Positions 1 to 10,433 of a stretch of DNA of 64,000 nt are shown here, piece after piece. The DNA comes from Vitreimonas sp. Lineage in GTDB: Bacteria; Patescibacteriota; Microgenomatia; UBA1400; PJMF01. How positions within the stretch are numbered: the first letter of the stretch is position 1; every line of letters starts with the position of its first letter. The position numbers were made by a program, and so were the translations under genes. The stretch covers positions 1,199,705 to 1,263,704 of the forward strand of contig DASPLQ010000012.1 of NCBI GenBank assembly GCA_035627515.1, given 5' to 3'. Under the pieces are notes generated by a model that saw nothing but the letters and a program-made list of their open reading frames with translations, was not told the origin of the DNA and made no database searches.

Positions 1-783
1 TACTTTTTAGATCAAGGTAAAGATGTATTAGTCATCTATGATGACCTGAGTAAACACGCTCAAGCCTACCGGGAAATTTCCTTGCTGCTCCGCCGTCCTT
101 CAGGCCGCGAAGCCTACCCTGGTGACGTCTTTTACTTGCACTCACGCTTATTGGAACGCGCAGCTCGCTTAAACGAAAAATATGGTGGTGGTTCCATTAC
201 CGCGTTACCGATCATTGAAACTCAAGCTAATGACGTCTCGGCTTATATTCCTACCAACGTGATTTCTATCACTGATGGTCAAATTTACTTAGAAACTGAC
301 TTATTTAATGCCGGTATGAAGCCTGCTATCAACGTGGGTCTCTCAGTATCTCGGGTCGGTTCTGCTGCACAAACCAAAGCCATGAAGCAAGTTGCTGGTA
401 CCATGAAGCTCGACTTGGCTCAGTTCCGCGAACTCCAAGCTTTTGCCCAATTCAGTTCTGATTTAGACGACAAAACTAAAGCTCAACTCGACCGCGGTGT
501 CCGCGTCAATGCTGTCTTAAAACAAGGTTGGGATACGCCATTGAAAGTCGAAGAGCAAGTCGTGATTATCTTTGCTGCGGTTAATGGTTACTTAGATGGT
601 ATCAAAGTAGAGAAGATTCAAGACTGGGAAAAACAATACTTAGAATATATCCACACTGCTCACAGCGCTATTTTAGACTCAATTGCTCAAGAGAAGAAAA
701 TTACTGATCAAGCAATTGCTGATCTTAAAGAAGCCATTAGCAGTTTCAATAGTATTCATTCAGAATTTCAAGTTGAAGCATAA
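1..783 (+). CDS. atpA: F0F1 ATP synthase subunit alpha, 5'-truncated by window edge
   Basis: Frame open from base 1 ([25 protein letters not shown]); motifs [23 protein letters not shown] and [11 protein letters not shown]; followed by atpG/atpD/atpC. Confidence 0.97.
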   Translation, partial: YFLDQGKDVLVIYDDLSKHAQAYREISLLLRRPSGREAYPGDVFYLHSRLLERAARLNEKYGGGSITALPIIETQANDVSAYIPTNVISITDGQIYLETDLFNAGMKPAINVGLSVSRVGSAAQTKAMKQVAGTMKLDLAQFRELQAFAQFSSDLDDKTKAQLDRGVRVNAVLKQGWDTPLKVEEQVVIIFAAVNGYLDGIKVEKIQDWEKQYLEYIHTAHSAILDSIAQEKKITDQAIADLKEAISSFNSIHSEFQVEA

Positions 784-790
784 CTAACGC

Positions 791-1660
791 ATGGCAAACA
801 CTCGTCAAATCAAACGCCGCATTACAGCTTCACAAAACATCTCTAAGATTACTAAAGCAATGGAGATGGTGGCTGCCAGTAAGATGCGCCGGGCTCAAGA
901 ACAAGCTACGGCAACGCGTCCTTATTCGCGTGCTTTGCAAGCCTCGCTTTCCAAACTTGGTCAATTTTCAGATTCCAGTTTACATCCTTTGTTAGCTCAC
1001 CACGAAACGGGCGCGAACGCTATTTTGTTGCTCTCGACTGATAAGGGCTTGTGCGGTTCATTAAACCCCACCCTGTTCAAAGCAACACTTCAAGCTTATC
1101 GCCAATTTGAGCAACCAAAGCTGATTGCGGTTGGTAAAAAAGCCATTGCTTTTGCTCGGATTTTTGGCTTAGAGTTACACGCTCAGTTCAGCAACGTCCC
1201 TGAAAGGCTCACTAATGCTGACACCATTGCCATCAGTACTTTGATTATGGATGGCTTTTTAAGTCATGAATTCAAGACAGTACACATTGTGTACATGGAC
1301 TTTATTAATACCTTATCTCAAAAAGTTCGTCTGGTGCAATTATTACCATTGACCCAAGATGTTCAAGCAGATGAAGCGTTAGTCAGTCCTGAACTAAAAG
1401 CAGAGTATGCTTTCGAACCCTCGCCGCGAGAAATTTTATCCCAACTGTTGCCTTATTACTTAGAAAACTCTGTTTATCAAGCCTTTTTAGAAGGTAAAGC
1501 TAGTGAACACAGTGCCCGGATGGTCGCCATGAAAAATGCTAGTGAGAATGCTGCTGAATTGGTCAGTGAACTCAAACTCGAATTTAACAAATCTCGTCAA
1601 GCCAGTATTACTAATGAGTTACTCGACATTACCGTCGCAGCCATGACGTTGAAAAAGTAA
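791..1660 (+). CDS. atpG: ATP synthase subunit gamma
   Basis: KITKAMEMVAASK, DKGLCG, SEHSARMVAMKNASENA, RQASITNEL. Confidence 0.97.
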   Translation: MANTRQIKRRITASQNISKITKAMEMVAASKMRRAQEQATATRPYSRALQASLSKLGQFSDSSLHPLLAHHETGANAILLLSTDKGLCGSLNPTLFKATLQAYRQFEQPKLIAVGKKAIAFARIFGLELHAQFSNVPERLTNADTIAISTLIMDGFLSHEFKTVHIVYMDFINTLSQKVRLVQLLPLTQDVQADEALVSPELKAEYAFEPSPREILSQLLPYYLENSVYQAFLEGKASEHSARMVAMKNASENAAELVSELKLEFNKSRQASITNELLDITVAAMTLKK

Positions 1661-3064
<1,404 letters not shown>

Positions 3065-3066
3065 TA

Positions 3067-3136
3067 GTAACTAAGTAATTGGAGTAATTAAGTAATCTAT
3101 AGTTAAAGCCATTTACTCAGTTACTTAATTACTTAA
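3067..3136. repeat. Degenerate ~8-bp tandem repeats in inverted arrangement
   Basis: AGTAACTA-AGTAATTG-GAGTAATT-AAGTAA facing TTACTCAG-TTACTTAA-TTACTTAA; AGTAATTAAGTAA (3083-3095) is the exact reverse complement of TTACTTAATTACT (3121-3133). Confidence 0.8.
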
Positions 3137-3147
3137 CGACTCAATCT

Positions 3148-3588
3148 ATGTCCGACAAACCTAAACTAACACTCTCTGTCGTTTCCCAAGATAAAAAACT
3201 CTTGGAAATGACCGTCGATTCCGTCAGTTTGCCCACCAGCGAGGGTGAAATTACGGTCTTGCCGGGGCATATTCCGTTGTTTACGCTGCTCACCACTGGG
3301 GAAGTGATTTATAAGCACGATAAAGATGAGTCAAGTTTAGTGGTCACTCGCGGCTTTGCAGATATTACCCCTGATAACCAATTATTGGTGATGGTAGACA
3401 CTGCTGTCCATGCTCGTGATTTGAGTGAAGAAAAAGCTCATGAGGCTGTGAAAAAAGCCCAAGAAACGTTAGCTCACATGACAGCTGCCCCTCCCAATGA
3501 AAAAGAGCTCCAAATGGCGGAAGCTTCGCTGAGACTGGCTCTGCTGCAATTAAGAGTCGCCCAGAGGACCAAGAGAACAACATTATAA
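3148..3588 (+). CDS. atpC: ATP synthase subunit epsilon
   Basis: GEITVLPGHIP, GFADI, C-terminal helical hairpin; position after atpD. Confidence 0.95.
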   Translation: MSDKPKLTLSVVSQDKKLLEMTVDSVSLPTSEGEITVLPGHIPLFTLLTTGEVIYKHDKDESSLVVTRGFADITPDNQLLVMVDTAVHARDLSEEKAHEAVKKAQETLAHMTAAPPNEKELQMAEASLRLALLQLRVAQRTKRTTL

Positions 3589-3652
3589 GTCATTTCTGCC
3601 TGAGAACCTGTTCTTGTCCATATTAGAAAATCCCCTATACTAGACCGGTATT

Positions 3653-4138
3653 ATGAACGACACACTTAATCATAAAGCTATTCAGTTAACTGCCGAAGGG
3701 TTGGAAGAGCTCCAAAAAGAGCTTAAAGAACTCGTCGAGGTCAAACTACCCGAAGCCGTCGCTCGTGTAGCTAAGGCTCGTGAATATGGTGATTTGTCCG
3801 AAAATGCCGAGTACCACAGTGCCCGAGAAGACCAACAATTGTTGGAAGCTCGGATCTCTGAGATTGAAGATGTACTCAGTCGTGCGCAAGTGGTTAAACA
3901 AACCAAGAGTCACACTGCAGTAGGCATGGGCTCACAGGTCACAGTCTGTATGTCTGGTAAAAAAGCTAAGCAAATGGTCATTACTATTGTTGGTGAGTTT
4001 GAAGCCGATCCCACTGCCGGCAAAATTTCTAGCGTCTCTCCCTTAGGTAAAGCCTTAATGAGTAAGAAAAAAGGTGACAAAGTCAAAGTCAAAGCTCCCG
4101 CGGGGGAAGTTGAGTACGAAATTTTAGAAATAAAATAA
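3653..4138 (+). CDS. greA: Transcription elongation factor GreA
   Basis: GDLSENAEY, ISSVSPLGKAL. Confidence 0.97.
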   Translation: MNDTLNHKAIQLTAEGLEELQKELKELVEVKLPEAVARVAKAREYGDLSENAEYHSAREDQQLLEARISEIEDVLSRAQVVKQTKSHTAVGMGSQVTVCMSGKKAKQMVITIVGEFEADPTAGKISSVSPLGKALMSKKKGDKVKVKAPAGEVEYEILEIK

Positions 4139-4154
4139 CAAATCGCACTTACAC

Positions 4155-4185
4155 ACCCCCCCCAAGCTGAGCTGGGGGGGTTTTT
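4155..4185 (+). terminator. Rho-independent terminator after greA
   Basis: C-run/G-run hairpin (CCCCCCCC-AAGCTGAGCT-GGGGGGG) followed by TTTTT. Confidence 0.75.
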
Positions 4186-4225
4186 AGTTTTAATCAAGTA
4201 CATTACAATACAGAAAGCAAATATT

Positions 4226-6619
4226 ATGACAAATCAATCTTCTTCACCTGTTCTTCAAGCTCCTCATTGGGTCGATAATGTAGTGGAAAATATCTTAAGT
4301 TGGCAAAAAACTAACCAAGTTGCCAAGCTCCACGTCGACGACATGAAAACTCCTTCTGGCAGGGTGCATACTGGCGCACTGCGCGGAGTCGTCCTTCATG
4401 ATTTAGTTGCCAAAGCCTTAGCAAACAAAGCTCAAGGCGTGGTCAGTACCTATGTCTTTAATGATATGGACGTGATGGATGGTTTACCAACATATTTAAA
4501 TAAAGATATTTATGAACAGCACATGGGCAAACCGCTCTATAAAATTCCCGTGCCAGCTTTAGAAGAGTGTGGCATCGATTTGAGCACGGCTTCAGCTGAA
4601 GAAATTGCCGAGCTGCGATCGGCTAAAAATTTTGCTGAGTTATATGCTATGGATTTTGTGCATGCTTTTAGACGCTTGGGCTGCTCACAACGGCTGGTGT
4701 GGAGTCATGAGTTATATGAAGCGGGTGAAATGGATGAACAGATTCGGACAGCTTTAAACAGTGTGGAAATTGCCCGTAAGATTTATCAAGAAGTAGCTGA
4801 CTACAAATTACCTGAAAAATGGTATCCCTTTCAAGTCATTTGTGAGAACTGTGGCAAGATGGGCACCACTCTGGTCACCGACTGGGATGGCGAACAAGTA
4901 ACCTATGAATGCCAACCAGCTAAGGTCACCTGGGCAGTTGGTTGCGGACATACTAGTAAAACCTTACCTTTTGGGGGTAAGGGCAAGTTACTATGGAAAA
5001 TGGACTGGCCAGCTCACTGGACGAAACTTGGTATTACGATTGAGGGTGCGGGTAAAGATCATACTTCGGCAGGTGGCTCGCGTGATATGGCTAATGCTAT
5101 TGTCACACAAATCTTTGATCAGATAGTCCCCTTCGATATTCCTTACGAGTGGATTTTGATCCGTGGCGCTAAAATGAGCTCAAGTAAAGGCGTCGGCACA
5201 TCTGCCCGAGAGTTTGTGGAACTTTTTCCGCCCCAAATTGGCCGCTTCTTATTTGTGAATAAAGATTATAACCAGGTCATAGATTTTGATCCTAAAACCA
5301 TGGCTATTCCAGATCTTTACGATGCCTATGATGCTGGCGCGCGTATCTTCTGGAAACAAGAAGAAGGCGATCAGCGCTTAGCTCGATCTTTTGAGTTGTC
5401 ACAATTAGAGACACTCCCAGAACCACATTTCTTGCCGCGCTTTAGAGACGTAGCAGTGTGGATGCAACACCCTGAAATTGAGCTCGAAACAAAGTGTGCA
5501 GAAATAAAGGGTAGTCCTTTGAATCAATTAGAAAAAGCGGTCTTAAAAGAGCGCATTCAATACGCTAAAGTGTGGTTGAGCCGCTACGCTCCAGAAGAAT
5601 ACCAACTAACGCCATCTGCAGCAGTTCCTGCCGCGGCTAGTTCTCTGACTCAAGAGCAGAGACTTTATTTAAGTGAAGCGGAGAGATTAATTACTTCCCA
5701 AGCTTGGCAACCTCAAGATTTGCAGCAAGCTTTGTTTGAGTTGGCAAAAAGCTCCTTGGGAGCTCGGCCCGCTTTTGAAGCAATTTACTTAGCCTTTTTA
5801 GGCAAAAAAGCAGGACCTAGAGCAGCCTGGTTTTTATTAGCCATGGATCCCGAGTTTCGTAAACAGCGCATTGAACTCCTGAGTGGAAACCAACCTATTC
5901 AAACACAATTCAAGTTTCCGACTTTGAATAACTCTGCACACTTCAGCTTTCACCCCGACTTCGCTGCCAAATATCCCACTGCAAGTGTCGGCATTGCCAT
6001 TATTCGGGGCGTAACTATTACTAAGAGTTTACCGGAACTTGAACAACACAAGGCTGAATTTATTCAAGAAATCAGTGGCTTAACCACTGACGCAATTAAT
6101 CAATATCCTGAAATTCAGGCTTATCGTCGCATGTACAAGTCAATGGGCATTGATTGGCACTCCCGTCGTCCTAGTCCTGAAGCATTACTGAGACGCGTTA
6201 CCCAGGGAAAGGGACTCTACACGGTCAACACCTGTGTTGATGCCTACAATTTAGTGGTCATGAAACATCGAATTTCAGTTGGTGCGTTTGATTTGAGTCA
6301 AGTTCAGTTTCCCACACAATTAAGAATTGCAGAAGGTGGTGAACAAATCTTATTACTCGGTGACACAGAATCAACTACTCTTAAAACTGGTGAAGTAAGT
6401 TACTTCGACCAACAAGGACCTTATAACCTCGACTATAACTACCGTGATGCTCAGCGAACCATGGTGACAGAAAAAACAACTGATTTATTAATTAACATTG
6501 ATGGTATTGATGAAGCCGATCGGAGTAGAGTGGAAGAGAGTTTAGCTGAAACTATAGAAATTATTCAGCGCTACTGTGGTGGTGAAGTAGAAATGGCCGG
6601 CATCGTCACCGCAGACTAA
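4226..6619 (+). CDS. lysS: Class I lysyl-tRNA synthetase with C-terminal B3/4 (PheRS-beta editing-like) domain
   Basis: PSGRVHTG (HIGH-like), CENCG, GKLLWKMDWPAHW, GKDH, KMSSSKG; last ~230 aa carry the B3/4 signature YRRMYKSMGID..RPSPEALLRR..NTCVDAYN. Confidence 0.92.
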   Translation: MTNQSSSPVLQAPHWVDNVVENILSWQKTNQVAKLHVDDMKTPSGRVHTGALRGVVLHDLVAKALANKAQGVVSTYVFNDMDVMDGLPTYLNKDIYEQHMGKPLYKIPVPALEECGIDLSTASAEEIAELRSAKNFAELYAMDFVHAFRRLGCSQRLVWSHELYEAGEMDEQIRTALNSVEIARKIYQEVADYKLPEKWYPFQVICENCGKMGTTLVTDWDGEQVTYECQPAKVTWAVGCGHTSKTLPFGGKGKLLWKMDWPAHWTKLGITIEGAGKDHTSAGGSRDMANAIVTQIFDQIVPFDIPYEWILIRGAKMSSSKGVGTSAREFVELFPPQIGRFLFVNKDYNQVIDFDPKTMAIPDLYDAYDAGARIFWKQEEGDQRLARSFELSQLETLPEPHFLPRFRDVAVWMQHPEIELETKCAEIKGSPLNQLEKAVLKERIQYAKVWLSRYAPEEYQLTPSAAVPAAASSLTQEQRLYLSEAERLITSQAWQPQDLQQALFELAKSSLGARPAFEAIYLAFLGKKAGPRAAWFLLAMDPEFRKQRIELLSGNQPIQTQFKFPTLNNSAHFSFHPDFAAKYPTASVGIAIIRGVTITKSLPELEQHKAEFIQEISGLTTDAINQYPEIQAYRRMYKSMGIDWHSRRPSPEALLRRVTQGKGLYTVNTCVDAYNLVVMKHRISVGAFDLSQVQFPTQLRIAEGGEQILLLGDTESTTLKTGEVSYFDQQGPYNLDYNYRDAQRTMVTEKTTDLLINIDGIDEADRSRVEESLAETIEIIQRYCGGEVEMAGIVTAD

Positions 6620-6628
6620 AGGATAACA

Positions 6629-7168
6629 ATGTCAACAATACCAACTCGTCAACAATCACAACAACTTTTAGATAAGTACATTAAAAATGATGCCCTCAAA
6701 CATCACTGCCAGATGGTGGCTCAAGCCATGGAAGCGTATGCGCAAGAGTTAGATCAAGATTCAGAACTCTGGTATCAAGCAGGCTTGCTTCATGATTTGG
6801 ATTGGGAAATGTATCCCGATGAGCATCCTAACCGAGCTATCAATGAGATTTTGATTGATTATCCTCAGGAACTCAAAGCTGCCATTGCCGCTCATGCCCC
6901 AGATAGAACCGGCAAACATCCTGAAACTTTGATTGAAAAATATCTTTTTGCTTGTGATGAAATTTCAGGTTTTATGCACGCGGTGTCACTGATGAGGCCC
7001 ACACGGTTTGAAGGCATGGAACCTAAATCGATCAAAAAGAAACTCAAAGACAAAGCTTTTGCAGCTAATGTCAGCCGTGATGATATAGAAGATGGCCTGA
7101 CTTTAATTGGCAAAAGTGCTGATGAACATTTTAGTTTTTTGATTAAGGTGTTTAGTTCACCAGCCTAA
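6629..7168 (+). CDS. HD-domain metal-dependent phosphohydrolase (HDIG-type)
   Basis: H...GLLHDLD...H...AH...DE; C-terminal KKKLKDKAFAANVSRDDI. Confidence 0.85.
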   Translation: MSTIPTRQQSQQLLDKYIKNDALKHHCQMVAQAMEAYAQELDQDSELWYQAGLLHDLDWEMYPDEHPNRAINEILIDYPQELKAAIAAHAPDRTGKHPETLIEKYLFACDEISGFMHAVSLMRPTRFEGMEPKSIKKKLKDKAFAANVSRDDIEDGLTLIGKSADEHFSFLIKVFSSPA

Positions 7169-7260
7169 CATTTCTTTATTATTTCTTACCTTCTCCTCAC
7201 TCAAGCTTGATAAAAAATCTTTAGCTTGAAGTTTGTTATAAAAATGAAAAGGAGAATAGT

Positions 7261-7800
7261 ATGAGAAAAATGATTATTAGTTGTCTGATGCTGCTATTTG
7301 CGTTTGTAGTATCGGGCTCGTTTAATCAAGTTGAAGCTGCTGGCAACAGTTACAAAGGTAGTACTACCTATAAAAAAACTACTAAAGTAGCCCAAGCCAA
7401 ACGCTACACCAAAAAAGTCTCCTACAAAGCTCCTCGCAAAACAGCATATAAAGCTACCAAAGTCAGCGCAGCTGGTAAAAAAGCCCCTTATCACGCCCAT
7501 ATTCCCAGTGTCACTTATCGACATGTATCGATGAATAAACATATGCAAATTACGGCGGGTACCGATGGAAAAGTCTTGCTGACTTGGGATGATCGCGGTG
7601 GCACCTGTCATTTTGCCTATGGAACAGGTGGGGCAATGCAACATTCAACCTCAGCTGGGTGTGACGAAGCTCGCCATGTCATTGGCGGACTCCAACCTGG
7701 GGTCACCTATCACTTCAGCTTAACTCAAAATAGAGAACACTGGACACCAGCGGTCGCTGCGACTGCGACTAGTGGTCACATCGCTCAAATTCACATGTAG
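7261..7800 (+). CDS. Secreted protein: signal peptide, Lys-rich linker, fibronectin-III-like C-terminus
   Basis: Hydrophobic N-terminus ending VEA-A; VLLTW...Y...IGGLQPGVTYHF FN3-like pattern; SD AAGGAG. Confidence 0.7.
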   Translation: MRKMIISCLMLLFAFVVSGSFNQVEAAGNSYKGSTTYKKTTKVAQAKRYTKKVSYKAPRKTAYKATKVSAAGKKAPYHAHIPSVTYRHVSMNKHMQITAGTDGKVLLTWDDRGGTCHFAYGTGGAMQHSTSAGCDEARHVIGGLQPGVTYHFSLTQNREHWTPAVAATATSGHIAQIHM

Positions 7801-7820
7801 TCACCGGGTAGATAGTAACT

Positions 7821-7856
7821 GCAGGCTCTCACCACGAGGTGGGAGCTTGTGGTTTA
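7821..7856 (+). terminator. Hairpin, probable terminator
   Basis: GCAGGCTCTCACC-ACGA-GGTGGGAGCTTGT; weak U-tract. Confidence 0.55.
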
Positions 7857-7862
7857 TGACTA

Positions 7863-7871
7863 TGGTATACT
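7863..7871 (+). promoter_or_regulatory. Extended -10 promoter of serS leader
   Basis: TGGTATACT (TGn-TATACT) about 16 nt before the first leader helix. Confidence 0.65.
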
Positions 7872-7884
7872 GCATATAGACTAA

Positions 7885-8059
7885 AAAAGCGCTGGTGATT
7901 AGCACTCGCCATCTCAATACCATTGAGCGCTGATGGGGGAACATCCCATCCGGGTAAGCCCGTGATTGCAGGAATAAGCATATCGAGGTGGCACCGTTCC
8001 TAACCTCAGGAACCCTCTTATCTTCATCACACGTGTGGTGGGTATAAGAGGGTTTTTTT
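7885..8059 (+). ncRNA. T-box riboswitch (Ser), transcriptional, non-canonical Stem I
   Basis: Antiterminator GAGG-[TGGCACC 7989-7995]-GTTCC-loop-GGAAC-CCTC; overlapping terminator AACCCTCTTAT/ATAAGAGGGTT plus T-run; specifier AGC 7901-7903; directly upstream of serS. Confidence 0.92.
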
Positions 8060-8080
8060 ATGAGTTAACAAAGGAGACAC

Positions 8081-9349
8081 ATGCTTGATATTCAATACAT
8101 TCGCGACCATGCCGAGGAATTAAAGACCGCTATTAGTAATAAACAACTTAACCCTGAAGTGGTAGATCAGGTTTTGGCACATGATGAGCAACGCCGAGAG
8201 TTGATTGTCAAAGTAGAACACATTCGTCAGCAGATTAATGCTAATACTGAGTCCATCAAAACTTCCCCTACTCAACGGCCAACCCCTGAGCAAATTCAAT
8301 TAGGTAAGGAGCTGAAAGCTCAACTTCAAAATGTAGAACCAGAATTAAAAAGAGTAGAAGAAGCTCTTCGAGATTTGATGTCACAAGTCGCTAATCCTCC
8401 TGCTGGCGACGTACCTGTCGGCAAAGATGAGGATGACAATCAAGTCATCAAACAAGTCGGCACCTTACCAACTTTCGAGTTTGAACCCAAACCCCATCAT
8501 GAATTGATGGAAGCCTTGGACATGCTAGATACTAAACGAGCCACTCGGATTGGTGGCTTCCGAAGTTATTTCTTAAAAAATGATGGTTTACTGCTTGAAC
8601 AGGCGTTACTCCAATATGCTCTGCGATTTATGGTGGATCAGGGCTTTACGCCGATGGGTGTACCGATCATGGTCAATAAAGAAGCAATGTGGGGGACTGG
8701 GTACTTTCCTTGGGGTCAAGATGATCACTATAAAACCCAAGATGAGAGTATTTTGGCTGGCACTTCTGAAGTAGCTCTTACCGCCTATCATATGGGTGAA
8801 ACTTTGTCGGAAAAAGATCTGCCGGTTAAAATGGTGGGGATCTCACCATGCTTCCGCCGGGAGATTGGCTCATATGGTAAGGACACGCAGGGAATTATTC
8901 GTGTCCATCAGTTTAATAAGGTTGAGCAAGTAGTCTATACCATTGCCGATGAGGAAGAAACTCGTCGCTGGCACCAAACCATGGTGGGGTTTTCGGAAAA
9001 ACTCCTCACCGATTTGAAGCTCCCTTACCAAGTACTTTTGATGTGTACCGGTGATATGGGTGCCGGCCAGCGTAAAAAATATGATATCGAAACCTGGTTT
9101 CCATCACAACAAAAATACCGAGAAACGCACTCAGCCAGTTACTTCAATGACTTCCAAGCTCGTCGATTAAATATTCGTTACAAGGCTAAGGATGGGAGTA
9201 TGAAGTTTGTTTATACGTTAAATAACACGGTTGCTGCTACGCCGCGCTTGCTGGCTGCAATAATTGAAAATTATCAGCAAGCCGATGGCTCCATTCTAGT
9301 GCCGGAAGTTTTACAAGCGTATATGGGTAAGAGTGTAATTACTCGATAA
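8081..9349 (+). CDS. serS: Seryl-tRNA synthetase
   Basis: MLDIQYIR, GTSEV, FRREIGSYGKDTQGIIRVHQFNKVEQ, TLNNT..ATPR. Confidence 0.97.
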   Translation: MLDIQYIRDHAEELKTAISNKQLNPEVVDQVLAHDEQRRELIVKVEHIRQQINANTESIKTSPTQRPTPEQIQLGKELKAQLQNVEPELKRVEEALRDLMSQVANPPAGDVPVGKDEDDNQVIKQVGTLPTFEFEPKPHHELMEALDMLDTKRATRIGGFRSYFLKNDGLLLEQALLQYALRFMVDQGFTPMGVPIMVNKEAMWGTGYFPWGQDDHYKTQDESILAGTSEVALTAYHMGETLSEKDLPVKMVGISPCFRREIGSYGKDTQGIIRVHQFNKVEQVVYTIADEEETRRWHQTMVGFSEKLLTDLKLPYQVLLMCTGDMGAGQRKKYDIETWFPSQQKYRETHSASYFNDFQARRLNIRYKAKDGSMKFVYTLNNTVAATPRLLAAIIENYQQADGSILVPEVLQAYMGKSVITR

Positions 9350-9428
9350 CAGCCTGAGCGACTTGCGCTTCAAATAACAGTGTTTTGAAAAACCGATGGC
9401 CATTAAAAAAAATGTTATACTTACCTAT

Positions 9429-10379
9429 ATGTCCATGAAAAACTTCATTCTCGCGGTCGTCCTGATATTAATATTGGTTCCCTTATTTGGAGCCTTGCAA
9501 CGAAAAAATCAGAAAATGCAGCTCAGCGAGGTGTCTGCGCCTGCAGTGGCACCAGCAGGCAGACCAGCCTTAGATATGTATGCCGAAGAAGATGTCGCCA
9601 ATGTCGCTAGTGATCAGGTAATGATGAAACGCACTGCAGGTGGAGCTGAAATCCTCCCTGTCCCACCTGGTATGCCAGATAATGGTGGTTTTACTCCTAC
9701 GGCAGATAGAACCATTGTTAAAAATGCTTCGCTTTCATTACTCGTTCGTGATACCCGCCAAACCGTCGAGCGCGCCCAAGCTATTGCCAAAGAAGTGAAT
9801 GGTTTTGTAACTACCTCCAATGTCTATGAAAATGAATACGATCAGGGGGTGATTCGCGCCGATATGACTCTGCGCGTGCCAGTTGAAAGATTGGAAGAAA
9901 CACTCGGCAAACTTCGAGGCCTAGCAGACAAAATCACCCACGACACTCTCTCCGCTGATGATCGGACTGAGCAAAAAGTGGATATGGAAGCCCAGCTTAC
10001 AAACTTGAAGGCTACTGAAACTCAGCTCCTCACCATCATGAAACAAGCTCAAACCGTCCAGGACACACTCAACGTCCAACGGGAATTAAGCTCAGTTCGC
10101 AATCAAATCGAGCGTCTTCAAGCACGGCTGGAAAACTTAACTGGCGATGCCGCCATGTCGACTATCCAACTGTCCATGAGCACCAAAGAATCCGATCTGC
10201 CTATTATTGATTCGTCACAACGCAGCATCTGGGAAGAAATTAAGTTATCTTTTAAAGAAGCTTTAACCCTATATCGAGAGTTGTTTATCGCTGGTTTGCG
10301 TCTAGTAATTTTAATTCTACCCGCTGCGATAGCTGCCTTAGTAGTCTGGATGCTCTTCAAAGCATTTAAGAAAAAATAA
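9429..10379 (+). CDS. DUF4349-like membrane-anchored coiled-coil protein
   Basis: N- and C-terminal TM helices; MTLRVP...DRTEQ..D...L; start moved to ATG 9429, 7 nt after TGTTATACT. Confidence 0.75.
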   Translation: MSMKNFILAVVLILILVPLFGALQRKNQKMQLSEVSAPAVAPAGRPALDMYAEEDVANVASDQVMMKRTAGGAEILPVPPGMPDNGGFTPTADRTIVKNASLSLLVRDTRQTVERAQAIAKEVNGFVTTSNVYENEYDQGVIRADMTLRVPVERLEETLGKLRGLADKITHDTLSADDRTEQKVDMEAQLTNLKATETQLLTIMKQAQTVQDTLNVQRELSSVRNQIERLQARLENLTGDAAMSTIQLSMSTKESDLPIIDSSQRSIWEEIKLSFKEALTLYRELFIAGLRLVILILPAAIAALVVWMLFKAFKKK

Positions 10380-10433
10380 CCGCTAACTACCAGTGACTTT
10401 TTAAAGCCTATCTGCCATAATCGAGCTTCTCTT

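Noticed and set aside
4139-4225. Possible T-box upstream of lysS
   Set aside because: Only a simple terminator; no TGGNACC bulge or codon hairpin
7888-7931. Reading the 5-bp/7-nt hairpins (here and at 26537-26582) as degenerate tRNA genes (Ala-AGC, Gly-CCC)
   Set aside because: No D-arm, no TTC T-loop, no 7-bp acceptor stem; the triplets match the codon of the downstream synthetase and lie in T-box leaders
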